NCBI GenBank assembly: GCA_040877745.1
Contig: JBBDNH010000131.1
Location: 1 to 27,414 of the forward strand
Origin: Dehalococcoidia bacterium
GTDB lineage: Bacteria > Chloroflexota > Dehalococcoidia > DSTF01 > RBG-16-68-14
Direction: 5' to 3'
DNA length: 27,414 nt
A program made the position numbers and the translations under genes. Shown here one piece after another: positions 17,605-25,553 of this stretch. The notes beneath the pieces are model-generated. The model worked only from the letters and a program-made list of their open reading frames with translations. It was not told the DNA's origin and did not search any database. How positions within the stretch are numbered: the first letter of the stretch is position 1; each line of letters begins with the position of its first letter.

Positions 17605-18720
17605 ATGAGCGATATCGTCCGCCTGGGCGTCGTCGGAGCCGGCAGCATCTCGCTGCGCGGCATCCTGCCGCACTTGAGCCAGCCCGACGTCCAGGACCGC
17701 TTGCGCGTGGTCGCCATCTGCGACCCCGTCCCCGGCCGCGCGGACGCCGCCGCCGAGCGCTTCGGCATCGAGCGCGCGTTCACCGAGTACGAGGCGCTGC
17801 TCGAGCAGGGCGAGGTCGACGCCGTCACCATCGCGTCGCCCATCGGGCTGCACTACGCCCAGGGCAAGCTGGCCCTTCAGGCCGGCAAGCACATCCACTT
17901 CAACAAGACCATGACCACCACGGTCGCCGAAGCGAACGAGCTGATCGACCTCGCGGCGTCGCGCGACCTGCGCATCGTCGCCTCGCCGGGCGAGCTGCTG
18001 CGCCCGCACCAGCAGCGCATCAAGGAGCTCATCGCCGAAGGCGCGCTCGGCAGGCTCTGCTGGGCCGTCTGCGGCGCGACGTTCGGCCAGTACCACGAAG
18101 GCGAGTCCGTGCGCCAGGGCGACGACGTGCTCTCGAACATCGACCCATCGTGGTACTTCCGCAAGCCCGGCGGCGGCCCGCTCTACGACATGACGGTCTA
18201 CGCGCTGCACGGCCTCACCGGCATCCTGGGTCCGGCGAAGCGCGTCTCGGCGATGTCCGGCGTGCGCGTCGCAGAGCGCGAGTTCCAGGGCCGGATGATC
18301 CCGTGCGACGCCGACGACAGCACGCTGATGGTGCTCGACTTCGGCGACGCGCTCTTCGCGTTCGCGTACGGCGTTCCGGCGGGCGGCATCATGCGCACCT
18401 TCCAGCCAAGCTTCTTTGGCACCAAGGGCGCCATCGTCGGCCAGCGGCTGAACGGCGAGGACTTCGACTACCCGGGCCGCGAGCTGCTCGGGGAGGCCGG
18501 CGGCAGCGTGCAGTGGCAGCTCCCGCACATCGCCGGCCCGCACCGCGAGATCGAGGAGCAGCACGTGTTCGAGGACGTCATGCAGCTCGTCGACTGGGTG
18601 CGCGACGGCACACCGAGCATCGTCACTGCGGAGCACGCCCGCCACGTGATCGACATCATCGAGTCGGCCTATCGCGCGTCCGAAACGGGCGCGACGCAGG
18701 ACCTCACCACCACGTTCTAG
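17605..18720 (+). CDS. Gfo/Idh/MocA family oxidoreductase (EKP motif replaced by NKT)
   Basis: RLGVVGAGSIS, VDAVTIASPIGLH, GKHIHFNKTM, GGGPLYDMTVYALH; 4 nt after the previous gene. Confidence 0.88.
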   Translation: MSDIVRLGVVGAGSISLRGILPHLSQPDVQDRLRVVAICDPVPGRADAAAERFGIERAFTEYEALLEQGEVDAVTIASPIGLHYAQGKLALQAGKHIHFNKTMTTTVAEANELIDLAASRDLRIVASPGELLRPHQQRIKELIAEGALGRLCWAVCGATFGQYHEGESVRQGDDVLSNIDPSWYFRKPGGGPLYDMTVYALHGLTGILGPAKRVSAMSGVRVAEREFQGRMIPCDADDSTLMVLDFGDALFAFAYGVPAGGIMRTFQPSFFGTKGAIVGQRLNGEDFDYPGRELLGEAGGSVQWQLPHIAGPHREIEEQHVFEDVMQLVDWVRDGTPSIVTAEHARHVIDIIESAYRASETGATQDLTTTF

Positions 18721-18743
18721 CAGCGCAAGGGCGGACGGCGTTG

Positions 18744-18752
18744 TGATACAAT
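18744..18752 (+). promoter_or_regulatory. Extended -10 promoter of ssrA
   Basis: TGaTACAAT ending 12 nt upstream of the mature tmRNA 5' end. Confidence 0.65.
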
Positions 18753-18764
18753 TTAAGCGCACTT

Positions 18765-19111
18765 GGGGACGAAAGGCTTCGACAGGGAAGCGTTTATCTG
18801 AGGTGCAGGCCGAGCGGTCGCTCTCGCTAAACGGCGGCAACCATTTACTTGGCGAACGTGAATTCGCCCTCGCTGCCTAACTAGGTAGTGACGTCGCCCA
18901 CATCCTCACCCCGGCGGGCTGTGGTGCGGCGACGATCAGCCGGGGTGCTGCGGTTTGACGCCGATACTGACCGCCTAAGACCCATCGGCTTAGTTCGGAG
19001 AGCCGGGCCGGCGACGACCCACCGGACGAGCACCAAACGCCGGACACGCCTGTAGTACCTCAGCCTGGCCCTTTTCTGGACGGGGAGTTCGATTCTCCCC
19101 CGTCTCCACCA
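18765..19111 (+). ncRNA. ssrA: tmRNA (transfer-messenger RNA), one-piece
   Basis: 5' GGGGACG pairs with 3' CGTCTCC-A-CCA (includes the G3-U pair); T-arm GGGAG-TTCGATT-CTCCC; helix 2 TGAGGT/ACCTCA and GCAGGC/GCCTGT; PK1 CGAG/CTCG plus GTCGC/GCGGC. Confidence 0.96.
18851..18880 (+). other. tmRNA tag reading frame: (A)GEREFALAA*
   Basis: GGC resume codon 12 nt after PK1; ends LAA-TAA, the typical protease-recognition tail. Confidence 0.8.
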
Positions 19112-19296
19112 ACACCAACACCAACGGCCGGGCCGACCGCGCGCCGGGCCGGCCGCTATCTCACGACGTGACGGGGAGTTCGATTCTCCCCCGTCTCCAC
19201 CAACACCAACACCAACGGCCGGGCCGACCGCGCGCCGGGCCGGCCGCTATCTCACGACGTGGACGGGGAGTTCGATTCTCCCCCGTCTCCACCAAC
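19080..19296 (+). repeat. Tandem amplification of the tmRNA 3' end: three copies of a 34-bp T-arm/acceptor segment, unit 91-92 bp
   Basis: ACGGGGAGTTCGATTCTCCCCCGTCTCCACCAAC at 19080-19113, 19171-19204 and 19263-19296; the two intervening segments are identical except for one extra G. Confidence 0.95.
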
Positions 19297-19306
19297 CCGA
19301 CCACGC

Positions 19307-19350
19307 CGCCGCCTGCTTAGGGGAGACGACCAAGCAGGCGGCGTCTCTTG
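19307..19350 (+). terminator. Probable intrinsic terminator after ssrA and its repeats
   Basis: 12-bp perfect stem CGCCGCCTGCTT/AAGCAGGCGGCG (19307-19318/19332-19343) followed by TCTCTTG; weak U-tract. Confidence 0.6.
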
Positions 19351-19389
19351 TGCGTTTGAGCGCGAATAGCTTCATGATGCGTTGCTACG

Positions 19390-19426
19390 CACACGATGCA
19401 GACTTAGTGTGACCTGTTACCGTGTA
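19390..19426. repeat. 37-bp direct repeat, copy A
   Basis: CACACGATG-CAG-ACTTAGTGTGACCTGTTACCGTGTA; matches 21595-21631 except for 3 central bases. Confidence 0.95.
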
Positions 19427-19510
19427 GGCAGTACCGCTCCAGTCCCTGCGCGGCCACGGCCACAACCGCGGGGCTAGCGCGCGGCCACGGCTCTCGCCTA
19501 TCCTTCCGAT

Positions 19511-20194
19511 ATGCCAACCTATGTCGGCTTGCTGGAAGCAGACCTGCAGGCGGCAGCCGAGTACACCACGGGCGGCATCGGGCCGTTCTTCAAGCAAACC
19601 CGCCGTGAGGAGCCCTTCGAGCTGCTCGACTTTCTGACCCGCTCGGCGGTCGCGCTGCACAAGCTCGGCATCGTCACCGCAGTGACCCTCTTCGTCGACG
19701 AACAGGAGATCTATGGCGCGGAAGACGAGGCGAACCGAGACACGCTGAACGCGGCCCTCAACGCCGCTCGCTCCACTGACCTTGTCGGAGCGAACGAGTT
19801 CTATCTCCTGCTCTGGTACCAAGACAAGGACTTCTCCCACGTCTTCAGCATCGAAGCGAGCGTCGACCACCCCGCGGATGAGGCCGCGCTCACCGTCCTC
19901 GACGTCGCCACGCCGCTGGCAGACGCCGACACCGAGGACACCGAAGGCAGCGAAGAAGGCCTCGCCTCGGAGCACGAGGACCCGCTTGCGCCCGACGACA
20001 GCGAGTCCACGGATTACGACAAGAACCTGGACAGCATCGAACTGATCGAGGGCTTTCTCGGCCGGGTGCTCGACGAGCTGAAGAGGGAACTGGCCCTCGT
20101 GGAGCCAGAGATCGACGTGTGGATCGATTGGGAGGGCGCGTACGCCGGGCAGGGCTACGGCAGCAGCGCGCTCCCGGGCCTGCCCGGGCTGTAG
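19511..20194 (+). CDS. Hypothetical acidic protein (227 aa)
   Basis: Host-like codon usage; very Asp/Glu-rich; TATCCT 6 nt before the ATG and no SD (leaderless-type start). Confidence 0.75.
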   Translation: MPTYVGLLEADLQAAAEYTTGGIGPFFKQTRREEPFELLDFLTRSAVALHKLGIVTAVTLFVDEQEIYGAEDEANRDTLNAALNAARSTDLVGANEFYLLLWYQDKDFSHVFSIEASVDHPADEAALTVLDVATPLADADTEDTEGSEEGLASEHEDPLAPDDSESTDYDKNLDSIELIEGFLGRVLDELKRELALVEPEIDVWIDWEGAYAGQGYGSSALPGLPGL

Positions 20195-21397
20195 TCACCT
20201 CGTCTTGAACTGCTCGGCCTCCCCGGATCCCGACGTGGTGTCGCCCGCGCTGTACGAGTGGGCGCCCGCGCCAGCGAGCTTGCCCTTGTCAGCGATCAGG
20301 TACTCCTCGCGAATCGGCCGTCCATCAAACCAGCACTCCAGGATCTCCCGTACGCCGGCTGCGTAACGGGACTGCGCCGAGAGCGACGTGCCAGATACGT
20401 GGGGCGTCATGCCGTGGTTGGGCATGGAACGCCACGGGTGGTCCTTCGGCGCCGGCTGAGGGAACCAGACGTCGCCCGCGTACCCGGCGAGCTGCCCGCT
20501 TTCCAGCGCGCGGACAATCGCATCGCGATCGCAGATCTTGCCGCGAGCCGTATTCACCAGGTATGTCCCACGCTTCATCTTCGCGATCAGCGCGTCGTTG
20601 AACATGTGCTCTGTCTCCGGGTGGAGCGGCGTGTTGATCGTGACTACATCGCAGACGGCGACGAGCGCCTCAGCGTCTGGGTGAAAGGTCAGGTCTAGCT
20701 CCCGCTCGATGCTCTCCGGCAGGCGATGCCGATCCGTGTAGTGCAGCTTGACCTCGAACGGCTTGAGCCGCCGCAGGACCGCCGTGCCGATGCGCCCGGC
20801 GCCGACGGTGCCGACGGCCATGCCTTCGAGATCGTAGGACCGCGCGACGCAATCGGCGATGTTCCAGCCACCCTCGACCACCGTCCGGTAGGAAGGAATA
20901 TAGTTCCGCACCAACACGAGGATCATCATCACCACGTGCTCGCTCACGCTGATGCTGTTCGAATAGGTCACCTCGGCAACGGTGAGCCCCTTCTCACACG
21001 CCGCCTGCAGATCGACGTGGTCCGAGCCGATGCCGGCCGTGATCGCCAGCCTGAGGTTCGGCGCCTTCGCTATCCGCTCGGCCGTGAGGTAGGCCGGCCA
21101 AAACGGCTGCGAAATGACGATGTCCGCCGTCGGCAGCTCACGCTCGAAGACGCTATCCGCTCCGTCTTTGTCGGACGTGACCGTGTAGCTGTGGCCTTGT
21201 CCCTCCAGGAACGCGCGCAGCCCGAGCTCGCCCGACACGCTACCGAGGAGTTCTCCAGGCCGGAAGTCGACAGCCTGAGGTGACGGCAATGTTTGGCCGC
21301 CGGGGTAGCCGTCGATGGTAGGTATCTCGTCGCGCGCGTATGAAGTCGGGTAACCGTCGGCGGGATCGTCGTACAGCACACAGAGTACGTTCGCCAT
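20195..21397 (-). CDS. fdh: NAD-dependent formate dehydrogenase (D-2-hydroxyacid dehydrogenase family)
   Basis: ATG at 21397 (MANVLCVLYDDP) after SD GAGGAG; GELLGSVSGELGLR, TAGIGSDHVDL, GAGRIG...YTDRHR, AGDVWFPQPAPKDHPWR, TPHVSG. Confidence 0.95.
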   Translation of the reverse strand: MANVLCVLYDDPADGYPTSYARDEIPTIDGYPGGQTLPSPQAVDFRPGELLGSVSGELGLRAFLEGQGHSYTVTSDKDGADSVFERELPTADIVISQPFWPAYLTAERIAKAPNLRLAITAGIGSDHVDLQAACEKGLTVAEVTYSNSISVSEHVVMMILVLVRNYIPSYRTVVEGGWNIADCVARSYDLEGMAVGTVGAGRIGTAVLRRLKPFEVKLHYTDRHRLPESIERELDLTFHPDAEALVAVCDVVTINTPLHPETEHMFNDALIAKMKRGTYLVNTARGKICDRDAIVRALESGQLAGYAGDVWFPQPAPKDHPWRSMPNHGMTPHVSGTSLSAQSRYAAGVREILECWFDGRPIREEYLIADKGKLAGAGAHSYSAGDTTSGSGEAEQFKTR

Positions 21398-21481
21398 GTC
21401 TTCGCTCCTCGGGGGTCTGCCAAGCAATGTTTGCTGGTAATGATACTCCGCCCGGGCTGGCCGTGGCACCCAAGGCATCGC

Positions 21482-21525
21482 AGAAAAGAAGAGAGGCCCC
21501 GTGCAGTGGCGGCTACACGGGGCCT
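21482..21525 (-). terminator. Intrinsic terminator on the minus strand, upstream of fdh
   Basis: 10-bp perfect stem (plus-strand arms AGGCCCCGTG 21494-21503 and CACGGGGCCT 21516-21525) followed on the minus strand by CTCTTCTTTTCT. Confidence 0.8.
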
Positions 21526-21643
21526 ACGCGAGGGTAAACCTCACGCACCTGTACTGTAGCGCCTAGCCCTTACCGACGGCAAAGGAACGCCGTCCACACG
21601 ATGGCAACTTAGTGTGACCTGTTACCGTGTACGGCCCCGTGTA
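21514..21643 (-). ncRNA. Candidate structured RNA (unassigned family), 130 nt
   Basis: Closing stem TACACGGGGCC/GGCCCCGTGTA (11 bp) encloses hairpins GGTAAC/GTTGCC, GACGGC/GCCGTC and GTGAGG/CCTCGC; wobble pairs are valid only on the minus strand. Confidence 0.45.
21595..21631. repeat. 37-bp direct repeat, copy B
   Basis: CACACGATG-GCA-ACTTAGTGTGACCTGTTACCGTGTA; partner at 19390-19426. Confidence 0.95.
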
Positions 21644-22023
21644 CTTGCTCTCCTAGCCTCCAACGGGACGATCCCCTCTCGAAGTTGCGCGGTGTAGTGG
21701 AGGCTCGCGAGCCAGTCGAAAAGCCGGTCGCCGTCCTCTTTGAACGCCTCAAGCGCTAGTACGAGCGCGCCTTCAACGCAGTGCCAATAGTCGGCGCGAT
21801 ACACTCCCCAGGACTCGTACGATAGAGGCCAGGCGAGATCGCAGACGGGGACACCTTGCAGCCGCCGGCGCAGGAAGCGACGTAGCGCCGGCAGAGTGGC
21901 GTTGACCTCTACGCTTGCTACCAGAAACGAACCCCGGGGAACCTCAACCTCGACGACGAGGGGCTCTCGAAGGGGCCACAGATCCGACGAATAGACCCCA
22001 CAATAGACGTCATCGACGGTCAT
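21622..22023 (-). CDS. Hypothetical protein (133 aa)
   Basis: ATG with AAGGA SD; stop codon lies inside repeat copy B; no recognised domain. Confidence 0.55.
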   Translation of the reverse strand: MTVDDVYCGVYSSDLWPLREPLVVEVEVPRGSFLVASVEVNATLPALRRFLRRRLQGVPVCDLAWPLSYESWGVYRADYWHCVEGALVLALEAFKEDGDRLFDWLASLHYTAQLREGIVPLEARRASTRGRTR

Positions 22024-22087
22024 CGGCTGTGTTCCTTGCGGAGCTGAGGGTGTGGAGCGGCGCGGCCCCTGTCTCCCTCTCTCGTTC

Positions 22088-22483
22088 TTAGCTCGCCGAC
22101 GCCAGCGCGAGGGGCGGGTGAGCGAACTCGATCACCAGCGTGTGATTACGTAGCTCGAACTTCGTCACGGTCTCGTTGTGCTCGGCGTCGCCCTTCCACT
22201 TGATGGTGACCCGCTGGTCGGTGTCGAGCTTGCCGAGTGCCCAGCGGAGCATCGACTCGACCGCCTCTACGTGAAGGGGCGGCCAGCCTGAGATCACTTG
22301 ACGAAGGCCTTCGGCAACGCCTGGCTTGCCGAACTTCTCGCCGACTTCCTTGCCGATGTCCGCGATCTCGTCCCCCGCTTCGAGGCGGGCCAGGATTTCG
22401 TGGCCATCGTTAAGAATCAGGGCGGTACCGAACACTTGGTTCAGCAGCTCCATTGACTGCGCGCATGTAATTAGGTCTGCCAT
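22088..22483 (-). CDS. Hypothetical protein (131 aa)
   Basis: Strong SD AGAGGAGGAG; globular-protein-like composition; divergent from the ATPase-LuxR gene. Confidence 0.78.
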   Translation of the reverse strand: MADLITCAQSMELLNQVFGTALILNDGHEILARLEAGDEIADIGKEVGEKFGKPGVAEGLRQVISGWPPLHVEAVESMLRWALGKLDTDQRVTIKWKGDAEHNETVTKFELRNHTLVIEFAHPPLALASAS

Positions 22484-22730
22484 CAGCTCCTCCTCTTTTA
22501 GGGCCGCGCCGTACCGGCGAAGCCCCGGCCAGGGGAAGCGAGCCGACTCGAACGGCGCGTGCTATATTGCCTTCCTACCAGCGCCCGTGTCGGCGAGCCA
22601 CCTCGGATCCTCACGGCCAGGTCTCGCAGCCACATCCTCTATCGCCGCCGGGCCGGCTACATGCGGGGAATCACCCAATATTCGAACGCGAGGGGCCGTA
22701 AAGGCGCGCGCGTCATGCGGGGAGGGAGCA

Positions 22731-25553
22731 ATGAAAGATGTCTTTGTTGGTCGTCAGCCTGAACTGACCAGCCTTACCGGCCTCCTAAACGATGAAGACC
22801 ACAGAACCCGATCAGCAATCGTGACCGGGGAGGCTGGAATCGGCAAGAGCAGGTTGGTCGTAGAGTTCCTCGATCGCGCCAAGCTGCAAGGCTTCAGGGT
22901 GTTGCGGGGATGCTGCTACCGTGCTCGCCAGGCTGGAGCGTACTTTCCCTTCATTCAGGTTCTCTCTCAATTGCGCCTGGCTAGCCCCGCGGTGGAGTTT
23001 CTGGAGGTCATGGCCCGAGACCTTCTCGCAGGCACGGACTGGTCCGAAGCGAGCGACGAGGTGCGACGACACACGGGTGACTTCTTGCGCGTGCTCAGCG
23101 ATTCGATTCTGGAGCAGACCTCGTCCGGCCGGACCGTTCTCAGCCTAGAGGACCTCCATTGGGCAGACACTGGATCCCTCCTCCTGCTCAACAACCTCTT
23201 GGACGTGCCCTCCTCCTGCCTGATCATCGTTGGCACTGCTCGTTTGGAAGAGGCGATGAGTTCAGAACGACGTCAGCTCCTCGCTGCAGCGCAGGACAAG
23301 GCCGCAAGCATCAGGCTCTGCAATCTGACAGTTGGTGACACTCGCACGCTCGCCGCTGCCCTCTCGGGTCGGGGCAGCATTACGTCGGAGGAGATCGACG
23401 TGCTTCACTCGCTGACAAACGGCAACGCGCTATTCGTCCGGGAACTCTTGAAGCACTTGAACGATACCGGCTTGCTGAGGAGGCATCGACTGCCAGAGGC
23501 TATTCGGTGGGGCGGAACCCCGGAGCGGCTGGCGCATGCCATCGATCTCCGGCTCTGCCGCCTTCCCCACAAGGTTCACCGCACGTTAGCGGCATGTGCG
23601 GTGTTAGGGACCGACTTCGCAACAAGGTTCATCGCGGAGGCAACAGGAGACAGCGAAGAGGTGATCGCGACTGGAATTCAAGAGGCTGCAGCCGAGGGCA
23701 TCGTGCGTGCCACCGATTCGCTGGCATCGCCTCGATTCGACTTCACGCACTCTCTCTTCGCTAGCCGGATCTACGACGGACTACCACTCGCCACACGGCG
23801 ACGACTGCACCGCAACTTCGCCAGGGTCGAGGCGCGCGACGAGCTGACTCTCGCAGATCTCGCACGCCACTATGCCCTGGGTTTCGGGGCTTCGGGCGGA
23901 AAGGAGGCCATCAATGCCTGCCGGCTAGCTGCCGAGCAAGCAGAGGGAATCTTGGCCTTCGAAGCAGCCGCCCAATGCTGGGAGTTCGCGCTGGCATGCA
24001 CGAGGACTGGCGCCCACTCTGTCAGGGCGGAACTGTATCGCAGACTTGGGTTGGCGCTTTGGGCGTCAGGCCGTTGGGACTCGGCGATCGAGGCTTGGAC
24101 AGAGGCTGTCCGCCTGTTCGAGCTCCTCGGCAAGTCGCAGGAGGTGGGCGAGGTTGCGTTCCGTCTGGCGCAGATCCATCGGTGGCGGAACGAGTTCGCG
24201 GACACGCAGCTCTGGCTCGGGCGCGCGCTTGATTCTCCTTTGCAGGCCGTGGACAGGGCGAGAGCCACGGCTCTACAGGCGAGCATCGCCGTTCGGGATC
24301 GGCCTGAGGATGCGCTGGGAATGCTGAGCGGCGCTGACGGCCTGTTCGAGGATAGCGGACGGGACCCTGTTGTGGCATTCTGGCTCTCTCAAAGCTTCTC
24401 CACCGCCGGGAATCCCGACCGGGCCCACGCCCTCGCAAAGGCAGGGTTCGAGGAGGCACAGGGACGGGGCGCGGCCCGAACAGCAGCACTCCTTGCCGCG
24501 AGCCTGGCCACCCATGCGCTCTGTCGTCTCGACATGCGAGCGGCACGCACGTATGTCGACGTCGTACAGAGCGCTGCGGATCCGAACGACCCGCCAACAC
24601 TCATCCGGTCGCTCTTATCCCAGGCATACCTCCTGGGCTACACCGGGAGGTGGCGGCGGCTCGCCCGGTCCTGCGGCCAGTGGATGGCACAGGTCCGCCT
24701 CGCTTCGCCATATCAGGTGGCCACCGCACGTCTCGTTTGGGCTGAAGCCCAGTTCGCCCTGGGTGAACATGGGGCGGCGGAACGCGAGATGCTCCGGGTC
24801 CTTCCAATGAAGGAGATCCAAGCTGTTGTAGCGATCCACCTCGCCAGGGTCGTGCTCGCACTCGGGCGGAGCGATGAGGCGGCGGAGCTGGTCCATCGAA
24901 TGTCGCAAGTCGTGCTGGAGACGCCTCACGCCGCAGCCGGCCGTGCGGTGCTTGGGGAGGTCGTTTCCCAGCTCGACATGTCGAAGCTCCAACAGCGGTG
25001 CTACAGCGCACTTGTCAAGGAAGAACGAGCTGTCGTCATGACGTACTCGCCAATCTCGGTCCAGCGTGTCCTGGGCCGATTAAGCAGTAGCCTCAGGCTT
25101 TGGGCAAAGGCGCGCGAACACTTCGATACGGCGGTCACGCAGCTTGCAGAAGGCGGCGCGCGCTGGGAACTGGCGATGACCTATTTCGACTACGCCGCGA
25201 TGCAGCGGGCACGACGGAGTCGAGGGTTCGGCGGGCGCGCGGCCGCGCTGGAGTTGCTAGCCGCGGAGCAGCTGCGCAAGCTTCGCATTGAGCCGTCGCG
25301 GCGAAATCACCATGCCGAGTTGCCTGCTCTTGCTAACCGATTCTCGCTCACGGGTAGGGAGTTGGAGGTATTGTCGATGGTCTCGGCGGGGCTGCGCAAC
25401 CAGGAAATCGCCGCGTCGTTGACGCTCAGTCTGCGGACCGTCGAACGCCATCTGGAGAACATCTTCTCGAAGATGGGCGCGAGCAACAGGACGGAGGCGG
25501 TCATATTAGGCGTGAGGGTAGGCCTGCTCGGGCCGGCTGCAGGTGCCGGCTAG
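22731..25553 (+). CDS. STAND-type ATPase - TPR - LuxR HTH transcriptional regulator (MalT/LAL-like)
   Basis: ATG at 22731 after SD GGGGAGGGAG (track start 22326 overlaps another gene); FVGRQPEL, Walker A GEAGIGKS, Walker B LSLEDLHWAD, TNGNALFVREL, C-terminal LTGRELEVL...GLRNQEIA...SLRTVERHLENIFSKMG. Confidence 0.92.
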   Translation: MKDVFVGRQPELTSLTGLLNDEDHRTRSAIVTGEAGIGKSRLVVEFLDRAKLQGFRVLRGCCYRARQAGAYFPFIQVLSQLRLASPAVEFLEVMARDLLAGTDWSEASDEVRRHTGDFLRVLSDSILEQTSSGRTVLSLEDLHWADTGSLLLLNNLLDVPSSCLIIVGTARLEEAMSSERRQLLAAAQDKAASIRLCNLTVGDTRTLAAALSGRGSITSEEIDVLHSLTNGNALFVRELLKHLNDTGLLRRHRLPEAIRWGGTPERLAHAIDLRLCRLPHKVHRTLAACAVLGTDFATRFIAEATGDSEEVIATGIQEAAAEGIVRATDSLASPRFDFTHSLFASRIYDGLPLATRRRLHRNFARVEARDELTLADLARHYALGFGASGGKEAINACRLAAEQAEGILAFEAAAQCWEFALACTRTGAHSVRAELYRRLGLALWASGRWDSAIEAWTEAVRLFELLGKSQEVGEVAFRLAQIHRWRNEFADTQLWLGRALDSPLQAVDRARATALQASIAVRDRPEDALGMLSGADGLFEDSGRDPVVAFWLSQSFSTAGNPDRAHALAKAGFEEAQGRGAARTAALLAASLATHALCRLDMRAARTYVDVVQSAADPNDPPTLIRSLLSQAYLLGYTGRWRRLARSCGQWMAQVRLASPYQVATARLVWAEAQFALGEHGAAEREMLRVLPMKEIQAVVAIHLARVVLALGRSDEAAELVHRMSQVVLETPHAAAGRAVLGEVVSQLDMSKLQQRCYSALVKEERAVVMTYSPISVQRVLGRLSSSLRLWAKAREHFDTAVTQLAEGGARWELAMTYFDYAAMQRARRSRGFGGRAAALELLAAEQLRKLRIEPSRRNHHAELPALANRFSLTGRELEVLSMVSAGLRNQEIAASLTLSLRTVERHLENIFSKMGASNRTEAVILGVRVGLLGPAAGAG

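Noticed and set aside
19080-19296. CRISPR array (34-bp repeats with about 57-bp spacers)
   Set aside because: The repeat is the tmRNA 3' end, the spacers are the same sequence, and no cas genes are present
19402-19426. Xer/dif site interpretation of the direct-repeat core
   Set aside because: Does not fit the 11-6-11 layout with a TTATGT-type XerD arm
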